NCBI GenBank assembly: GCA_031379235.1
Contig: JANNEY010000083.1
Coordinates: 19,693 to 83,692, forward strand
DNA length: 64,000 bases
Origin: Opitutaceae bacterium
GTDB taxonomy: Bacteria; Verrucomicrobiota; Verrucomicrobiia; Opitutales; Opitutaceae
Direction of reading: 5' to 3'
Shown here: piece after piece, positions 57,843 to 64,000 of the stretch
Layout of the letters: each line of letters begins with the position of its first letter
Numbering within the stretch: position 1 is the first letter of the stretch
The notes under the pieces: model-generated
Told to the model about the DNA's origin: nothing
The model's input: the letters and a program-made list of their open reading frames with translations, nothing else
Databases searched by the model: none
Made by a program: the position numbers and the translations under genes

Positions 57843-58023
57843 AATAAAACGTTACGTAATCAACTATCACTTTCAAGATGATACTTTCACTATTCCTTGG
57901 ACCCCAAAATGCCTGCCAATTCTACGCGCTGGAATCTCTGGCCGATTTATTCGCCCTGCTCGCGGCTCCGGTTCGTTCGACCCATGTGATAATTTCGGCC
58001 TGAATCGCCTTTGGAATCAATAA

Positions 58024-58051
58024 ATTGATACCTTGCAAAGCTGGTATCAAT
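58024..58051. promoter_or_regulatory. 9-bp perfect inverted repeat upstream of the ATPase fragment
   Basis: ATTGATACC-N10-GGTATCAAT in an AT-rich divergent promoter region. Confidence 0.45.
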
Positions 58052-58067
58052 CGCCGTTTTTACAAGG

Positions 58068-58442
58068 ATGATAAGGCGCCGTATTCACGACATACTGGCA
58101 GAATCCATTGAGCAAAGCCCGGCAGTGGGGCTGCTGGGGCCGCGGCAGGTAGGCAAGACGACGCTGGCCTTGGAGATCGGGGAAACTCGCCCGTCCCTCT
58201 ACCTCGATCTCGAGTCGCCGGCCGATCGCGCGAAGTTGTCGGACGCCGGCCGTTACCTCGCTGAGCACGAAAACGAATTGGTCATCTTGGATGAAGTGCA
58301 TCGTGCACCGGAGATTTTCCAAACCCTGCGCGGCCTGATCGATCAGGGGCGTCGGCGCTCCGCAATCTGCCGGTGCTGGCCAAGTAGTTTTCGCCGCTTT
58401 ACAGCGGCTTTGCTCACTGCGAACGCAGCACAGGCTCTATGA
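58068..58442 (+). pseudogene. 3'-truncated AAA ATPase (AAA_14/DUF4143 family)
   Basis: GPRQVGKTT and ILDEVHRAPEIF..LRGLID. Similarity is lost near 58360, far short of the usual length of this family. Confidence 0.8.
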
Positions 58443-59271
58443 ACTTTCGGATCACGGCCACGACTTCGCTGAATTGATCGGTGATCCCGCTGAGACCGTT
58501 ACGCCGCAGGAATGCGGCCCACTGAGCCTGTTTGGTCGGATCGTTGGCGAACGCAGCGGTGAAGACTTCGGGCGATTGAGACAGGTTCGTTTGCCGGCGG
58601 GCAAACGTCGCCTCGATTGCTTTCCGAAGCGTCGGGCCATCGAACTCAAACCGATGCGCCAGGAACCAGACGTCGTGGAAATCTTTCATCCGAGTGTTGG
58701 CGATCCCGAGCTTTACCATCGCCTCGAACTTCTCGGCGACGACGGTGTAAGCCGGATACATGCGAACCTCCGGAGCCGGGAAATCCAAGAGCGCCGGGAA
58801 GGTCGCTATTTCGGGCGCGGGCGTGACGGCATCCCCGACGCCCACGTCGATTTGAACCGGAATCTCCGCTGTGCCGAGTTTGCCCATCAGCCGGACGCGG
58901 ACGCCGCCGTAAGCGTTGTCTTCCCTGATTTCGTCAGCCTGCACGGACTTTGGATCGAAGACGATTCCGTCGTCCACCACGGGCATGGCCACCACCTCTT
59001 GAAATACTCGGGCCAAATCCGCCTTTTCCGAAGGACCGAATTCGAGGAGATCGACATCGCGCGTGGGGCGATGGGTTTTCTCATCCCAAACGACAAATAG
59101 CATCGCCCCCTTGAGCAGGAACCGGTCGGCGTGGGGCGACTGACTCAGTCGGAATAGCAGGCGCTCGATGCCGTAGCGCAGGAGCAGCAGGTTAAAATCT
59201 TCACCGCGTTTACCCGTCACGTTTTGAAGGCGGGCCTTCACCGACGCCGCGATATCTTTCGGTGCGCTCAT
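58414..59271 (-). CDS. abiEii: AbiEii-family nucleotidyltransferase toxin (type IV TA)
   Basis: YGIERLLFRL, FLLKGA, RPTRDVDLL, QIDVGVGD, AEKFEAM, TRMKDFHD. Confidence 0.9.
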   Translation of the reverse strand: MSAPKDIAASVKARLQNVTGKRGEDFNLLLLRYGIERLLFRLSQSPHADRFLLKGAMLFVVWDEKTHRPTRDVDLLEFGPSEKADLARVFQEVVAMPVVDDGIVFDPKSVQADEIREDNAYGGVRVRLMGKLGTAEIPVQIDVGVGDAVTPAPEIATFPALLDFPAPEVRMYPAYTVVAEKFEAMVKLGIANTRMKDFHDVWFLAHRFEFDGPTLRKAIEATFARRQTNLSQSPEVFTAAFANDPTKQAQWAAFLRRNGLSGITDQFSEVVAVIRKFIEPVLRSQ

Positions 59272-59885
59272 GTCAGCATCTCAAGATAAGGTTGGAGAAC
59301 TCGGCTCACCCGGCAGACGGCAGCCGCTTTCGACAGTTCACTCATGGTGAATTTTTTCTCCCGCCAGCCCTCACGCAGCGCTTCGAGCGCCACATCGAGA
59401 CCATACTTGTGCCGATACTTAAAACAGTCGGCCACGGTCTTTGCGGGAGAGTAAATGCGCACGGTGCCACCCGGCAGTGAGTGATTTTGGACTCCGAAGG
59501 AATAAGACGCCGTCGAGAACTTGCAGAACCGAAACGGCAGATTCCCGCTGCTCGGGAAATTGGTGTCGCGCGGGAGAGCCAGCCAGACTTGATGCGGCGA
59601 CTGCGTCCCGATTCGGTGAAATTGGAGAGCTGAGATCAGGCAGACCACGCCGCGCGGCACTCGTTTGGCGGCCTCGACGAGAGAAAGGTTGTGGTCGCCG
59701 TCGAAGTTCACCGAGGCGTAGAGCCCGCGCCCGAGTTGACGCACGTGGTCTTGGCCGACGAGGCGGCGAAGATACTCCCGAGAGTAACCGGCCGCGACCA
59801 TGTCACGGGCACGGAAAACTCCGAGGCTGCGGACAAAGTTGCCAGCCTTCACGAGTTGAGTGCCTGTGTTACGTTTTGTGCTCAC
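59268..59885 (-). CDS. abiEi: AbiEi-family antitoxin / transcriptional regulator; start uncertain
   Basis: GVFRARD...YLRRLV...GRGLY wHTH, LISALQFH, YSPAKTVADCFKYR; ATGA overlap with abiEii. Confidence 0.88.
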   Translation of the reverse strand: MSTKRNTGTQLVKAGNFVRSLGVFRARDMVAAGYSREYLRRLVGQDHVRQLGRGLYASVNFDGDHNLSLVEAAKRVPRGVVCLISALQFHRIGTQSPHQVWLALPRDTNFPSSGNLPFRFCKFSTASYSFGVQNHSLPGGTVRIYSPAKTVADCFKYRHKYGLDVALEALREGWREKKFTMSELSKAAAVCRVSRVLQPYLEMLT

Positions 59886-59961
59886 TTCTAAATTTATGGT
59901 ATGATACCGTAACATCGTTTCAAGACCTATGTGAGGGGCGCTGTTCACGTTTTCGTGAACA
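59867..59961. promoter_or_regulatory. Inverted repeats at the abiE promoter, candidate AbiEi operators
   Basis: TGTTACG (59867) ... CGTAACA (59914), and perfect TGTTCACG-TTTT-CGTGAACA (59942..59961). Confidence 0.5.
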
Positions 59962-60176
59962 AGGCGGAGACCGTGAACGCTATGCCTAAAACTTTCCACG
60001 GGAGAAATTTCAGGCCAGCTCGGCTAAATAGTGCATGAGGCTATCATAACTGATGAGCCGAATGCCGCGCAGGGCTCCGCGCTTACGCAGCACCACGCTC
60101 TTTACTGGCGGTGAGCCATCATTAGCGGGACCGGCAATCGTCAGCTCGTTCAAGGTGCTCCGGGAAAGGCCAGTGA

Positions 60177-60620
60177 AACGCTGGCATCAACCGCGCCCTC
60201 GCGCTCCACCGCACGGTTTCAGTCACCGGCACCGACGTGTTCGGCGGCCAACAGACTTGTCCCATCAAAGTGTGCGAAGTCGGCCCGTTCCTCGTGCTCA
60301 AGCTGAATGCGTTTGCACACCGTCAGCAACCGAAGGACGCCTTCGATATCTATAAAACCGTCCTGCACTACGGCGGTGGCGTCGTAGAAGCGGTGAAAGG
60401 ATTTCGGTCGGAAGCGGGCATCAATTCCGGTTTCCATGTCGCGAGTGAAACGCCCGGCGCTCACTTCACCAAGATTGACGGAGCCGGCCCAACACGGTGC
60501 GCGGAATTCATGATGGGTGGACTCCAAGGCCAGATGCCGGTTGCCGACTTCGATATTCGGCGCGACCAAATCCGGGAGGAATTAGTCGGAGTCGCCGGTT
60601 TGCTGCGACACGACCGAGCT
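60177..60620 (+). pseudogene. 5'-truncated nucleotidyltransferase (C-terminal helical half)
   Basis: GINRALAL...VCEVGPFLVLKLNAFAHRQQPKDAFDIY resembles the K...KD.YD block of AbiEii/MenT-like toxins. An in-frame stop at 60174 precedes it and the GG..DxD half is missing. Confidence 0.6.
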
Positions 60621-60795
60621 GGAGGCGGACGTGAATCGTGGTTTGCCCGGTTGTTACGCCAATGTTGTTTCGGAAGACGCAGAACCGTGTCGGTCGGCGC
60701 ACAAACAGTCCTGCTCACGCTGACGCGTCGGACACGGTAGGGTTTTACCCCATCGCTATTTCTCCCCATCCGGCGTCTAATTCCAACTCTTCAGG

Positions 60796-63700
60796 ATGCC
60801 AGCCCCAACGACGAAGGCCCGCACGTCACGGTCCGCCGCTCAGCCTGCGTTGCCCCTTCGGCGCGCCGGGCCGGGGTGCCCTATTGTCGGCATCGGCGCC
60901 TCGGCGGGCGGCTTGGAGGCGTTCACGGAGCTGCTGCAACGGCTGCCGACCGACACCGGCCTGGGCTTCGTCCTGGTCCAGCATCTCGATCCGGATCACG
61001 CCAGTTCGCTTTCGCAAATTTTGTCGCGGGCGACGACGATGCCGGTGCGCGAAGTGACGAACAACCTGCGGGTGGAGCCGAACCACGTTTACATCATTCC
61101 GCCCGACACGAGCCTCGGCCTCGCGCACGGCGTGTTGAAACTGCAACCACGGTCGCGGCACCGCATCGCGCCCCGCTCCATCGATTTCTTTTTCGAGGCG
61201 CTGGCCCACGATCAGCACGAGCGGGCCATCGGCGTGATTCTTTCCGGCACCGCCAACGACGGCACGCTGGGACTGGAGGCCATCAAGGCGGAGGGCGGGA
61301 TCACCTTCGCGCAGGACGATTCGGCCAAATACGATTCGATGCCGCGCAGCGCGGTGGGCGCGGGCTGCGTGGATTTCGTGCTCGCGCCGGAAGGCATCGC
61401 GAAGGAGCTGGCGCGGATTGCCCGGCACCCCTACGTCGCGAATCAACCGCTCGGGGGCGAAGCCCCGCTCCCGGCCCGCGGGCGCGGTGCGAAGAAAGCC
61501 AAAGGCGGCGCTCCGCCTGCCCTCTTTCCGTCGCCGGAAGCCGGACCGCCCGGCCCCAAAGGTGATCACGGCTACCAAAAAATCCTGCTCCACCTCCGCA
61601 ATCATTCCGGGGTGGATTTCTCCCTCTACAAAATCCCCACCATCCACCGCCGCATCGCCCGGCGCATGGTGCTGAACAAGCAGGACACGCTGGGCCGCTA
61701 CGCCGATTTCCTGCGCGGCAACACCCGGGAACTCGACGCCCTTTACTCCGACGCGCTCATCAACGTCACGAGTTTCTTCCGCAACCCGGAGGCGTTCGCC
61801 GTCCTTCAGCGCAAGGTTTTTGCCCCGCTGCTGAAGCAGAAGGGCGACGATCCGCTGCGGGTCTGGGTGCTCGGCTGCTCCACCGGTCAGGAGGCCTACT
61901 CGCTCGCGATGGCGTTCACGGAGGCCGCGGAGAAATCCCGCCGCCCGCGCAAGCTCCAGGTATTCGCCACCGATCTCAATGACGCCAACTTGGAGAAAGC
62001 CCGGCACGGCCTCTACGCCAAGAGCATCGTGCAGGACGTCTCGCCGGAGCGGCTGCGGCGCTTTTTCACCGAGGAGGAGGGCGGCTACCGCGTCATCAAG
62101 GCCTTGCGCGAACTCGTCGTCTTCGCCCGGCAAAACTTGATCAGCGATCCGCCTTTCTCGCGGATGGACCTCATCAGTTGCCGCAACCTGATGATCTATC
62201 TCGAGCCGAGTTTGCAGAAAAAGGTGTTCCCCACCTTCCACTACGCGCTCAAGCCGGAGGGATTTTTGTTTCTCGGGTCGTCCGAATCCATCGGCACCTT
62301 CACCGACCTCTTTGCCCCCATGGACAAGAAGCAGAAAATCTACGCCAAGAAGTCGGCGCCGATCGCGGCGTTTCACCTCCCGGTCAAAAAAGATCGCCAC
62401 GAGCGCGCCTCGGCGGCCCAGCCGGCGCGCTCGGCCCTCACGGCGGCCCGCACGCCGGGCGACGCGGCGGACGCCTATCGCGTCGAGCTCAATGCCGAGC
62501 GCGAGGCGGACCGCGTGACCGTCAACCAGTTCGCGCCCCCCGGCGTGCTCATCAATGCCGACCTGCAAATCCTCCAGTTCCGCGGGCCGACCGGCGCGTA
62601 TCTCGAGCCTCCCTCCGGCAAGGCGAGTTTCGACGTGCTGAAGATGGCGCGCGAAGGCCTGATGCTCCCCCTGCGCACCGCGATCAACCGGGCGAAAAAA
62701 GAAAATCAAACCGCGCGCACGGAAAACGTGCCGGTCGGCCGGAATGGCAAAACTCACCGGGTCAACGTGGAGGTCGTGCCGTTGAAGAACCTGAAGGAGC
62801 GCTGCTTTTTGGTGCTGTTCGAGGAGGCGGAAAGCGCCGGGCGCCTCGCGCCCGATCCGTCGGAAGGCGCGACCGAAGTCCCCCGCCCCATCAGCAAGCG
62901 CGAAGAATCCCGCCGCATCGCCGAGCTGGAGCGCGATCTCGCCGAGACCCGCGATTATCTTCAGTCCGTCGAGGAACAGCAGGAAGCCGCCAACGAGGAA
63001 CTCCAGGCCGCCAACGAAGAGGGCCAGTCGGCCAACGAGGAGTTGCAGAGCCTCAACGAGGAACTCGAAACCTCCAAGGAAGAGCTGGAGTCCACCAACG
63101 AGGAACTCACCACCGTCAACGAGGAGATGCTCAACCGGAACGCCGAGCTCAGCCGGCTGAACAGCGATCTCACCAATCTCTCGGCTTCGACCAAGCTCGT
63201 CATCGTGCTGCTCGGGCGCGACCTCACCATCCGCCGCTTCAGCGCCCAGGCGGAAAAAAAGTTTCACCTCCACGCCTCCGACTTGGGCCGGCCCATCGGC
63301 AACATCCGGCTCAATCTCGACCTGATCGATTTGGAGGCCGTCATCACCGACGTCATCGCCAACGTGCGCGAGTGCGAGCGCGAGGTGCAGGACCGCGATG
63401 GGCGCTGGTATTCCCTGCACGTGCGCCCCTACCTGACCGTGGACAACAAGGTGGATGGCGCCGTCTTCGTGCTCGTGGACATCAGCGCCATCAAGGAGTC
63501 CCAGCAGGCGGTCGCCCATGCGCGCGATTTTGCCGAGGCCATCATCGACACCGTGCGCGACCCGTTCCTGATTCTGGACGCCGAGCTGCGCGTGCAAAAA
63601 GCCAACCCGGCCTTTTGCACCACCTTCAAGATTTCTCAGGCGAAGTTGACCGGCCGCCCGTTGCTCGAGCTCGACCACGGCCAATGGGCGGTCCCCAAGC

Positions 63701-64000
63701 TGCGCCAGCTCCTGCGCACGGTTTTGCCCCGGCACACCTCGTTCAACAACTTCGAGCTCACGCTCAACCTCGAACACCTCGGGCGCCGCAGCCTGCTCCT
63801 CAATGCCCGACGCCTGAGCCAGGACCCCGGACACCGCGAAAAAATTCTGCTCGGCATCCAGGACGTCACGGAAGCGCTGTCCCTCCAAGCCGACCTGCGG
63901 CGCTCGGAGAACCGCTTCCGCCGGCTCTTCGAGGCGGCCAAGGATGGCATCCTCATGCTCGACCCGGCGACGCGGAAAATCACCGATGCCAATCCGTTCA
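60796..64000 (+). CDS. CheB methylesterase / CheR methyltransferase / coiled-coil / PAS hybrid sensor, 3'-truncated by the window edge
   Basis: IVGIGASAGG, VQHLDP, SGTANDGT (CheB); INVTSFFR, VWVLGCSTGQEAYS, ISCRNLMIY (CheR); NEELQS..EELE repeats; PAS domains. The frame from ATG 60796 has no stop. Confidence 0.92.
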   Translation, partial: MPAPTTKARTSRSAAQPALPLRRAGPGCPIVGIGASAGGLEAFTELLQRLPTDTGLGFVLVQHLDPDHASSLSQILSRATTMPVREVTNNLRVEPNHVYIIPPDTSLGLAHGVLKLQPRSRHRIAPRSIDFFFEALAHDQHERAIGVILSGTANDGTLGLEAIKAEGGITFAQDDSAKYDSMPRSAVGAGCVDFVLAPEGIAKELARIARHPYVANQPLGGEAPLPARGRGAKKAKGGAPPALFPSPEAGPPGPKGDHGYQKILLHLRNHSGVDFSLYKIPTIHRRIARRMVLNKQDTLGRYADFLRGNTRELDALYSDALINVTSFFRNPEAFAVLQRKVFAPLLKQKGDDPLRVWVLGCSTGQEAYSLAMAFTEAAEKSRRPRKLQVFATDLNDANLEKARHGLYAKSIVQDVSPERLRRFFTEEEGGYRVIKALRELVVFARQNLISDPPFSRMDLISCRNLMIYLEPSLQKKVFPTFHYALKPEGFLFLGSSESIGTFTDLFAPMDKKQKIYAKKSAPIAAFHLPVKKDRHERASAAQPARSALTAARTPGDAADAYRVELNAEREADRVTVNQFAPPGVLINADLQILQFRGPTGAYLEPPSGKASFDVLKMAREGLMLPLRTAINRAKKENQTARTENVPVGRNGKTHRVNVEVVPLKNLKERCFLVLFEEAESAGRLAPDPSEGATEVPRPISKREESRRIAELERDLAETRDYLQSVEEQQEAANEELQAANEEGQSANEELQSLNEELETSKEELESTNEELTTVNEEMLNRNAELSRLNSDLTNLSASTKLVIVLLGRDLTIRRFSAQAEKKFHLHASDLGRPIGNIRLNLDLIDLEAVITDVIANVRECEREVQDRDGRWYSLHVRPYLTVDNKVDGAVFVLVDISAIKESQQAVAHARDFAEAIIDTVRDPFLILDAELRVQKANPAFCTTFKISQAKLTGRPLLELDHGQWAVPKLRQLLRTVLPRHTSFNNFELTLNLEHLGRRSLLLNARRLSQDPGHREKILLGIQDVTEALSLQADLRRSENRFRRLFEAAKDGILMLDPATRKITDANPF

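Noticed and set aside
60053-60355. Radical-SAM-like LFTGGEP motif in a short ORF
   Set aside because: No CxxxCxxC and no other similarity; probably chance or unrecognisable debris.

Overview
High-GC window, inferred to be from a Verrucomicrobiota (Opitutaceae-like) bacterium on the basis of GC content, TonB receptor type, and sulfatase and PQQ-repeat richness. Most of it is an exported-enzyme landscape: two paralogous TonB-dependent receptors each followed by Cys-type sulfatases (six sulfatases in total), M20 amidohydrolases, alpha/beta hydrolases, two PQQ beta-propellers, an SPFH pair, an MFS transporter, SDRs and two ferritin-like diiron proteins. Three lower-GC accessory patches interrupt this background. 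(1) 7.8-12.3 kb: a DUF433/PIN-like (VapBC45-type) toxin-antitoxin pair converging on a 1086-aa Mrr-like nuclease + SF2 helicase that ends in six ~70-aa repeats and has no methyltransferase. (2) 35.5-37.7 kb: a tight three-gene operon (TIGR04255-like, unknown protein, ADP-ribosyltransferase-like) with the layout of a toxin-antitoxin-chaperone system, preceded by decayed remnants of a restriction-modification locus. This is the best candidate for an undescribed defence system. (3) From 56.5 kb: an island bounded by a 25-bp tRNA-Glu 3' end (att site) and stacked with nucleotidyltransferase TA modules (DUF6036-like pair, AbiEi/AbiEii, a truncated third NTase), then a CheB/CheR/PAS hybrid running off the window. 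Several families of intergenic palindromic REP/MITE-like repeats are present. No CRISPR array, rRNA or complete tRNA was seen. All family assignments come from motif recognition by eye; no searches were run.
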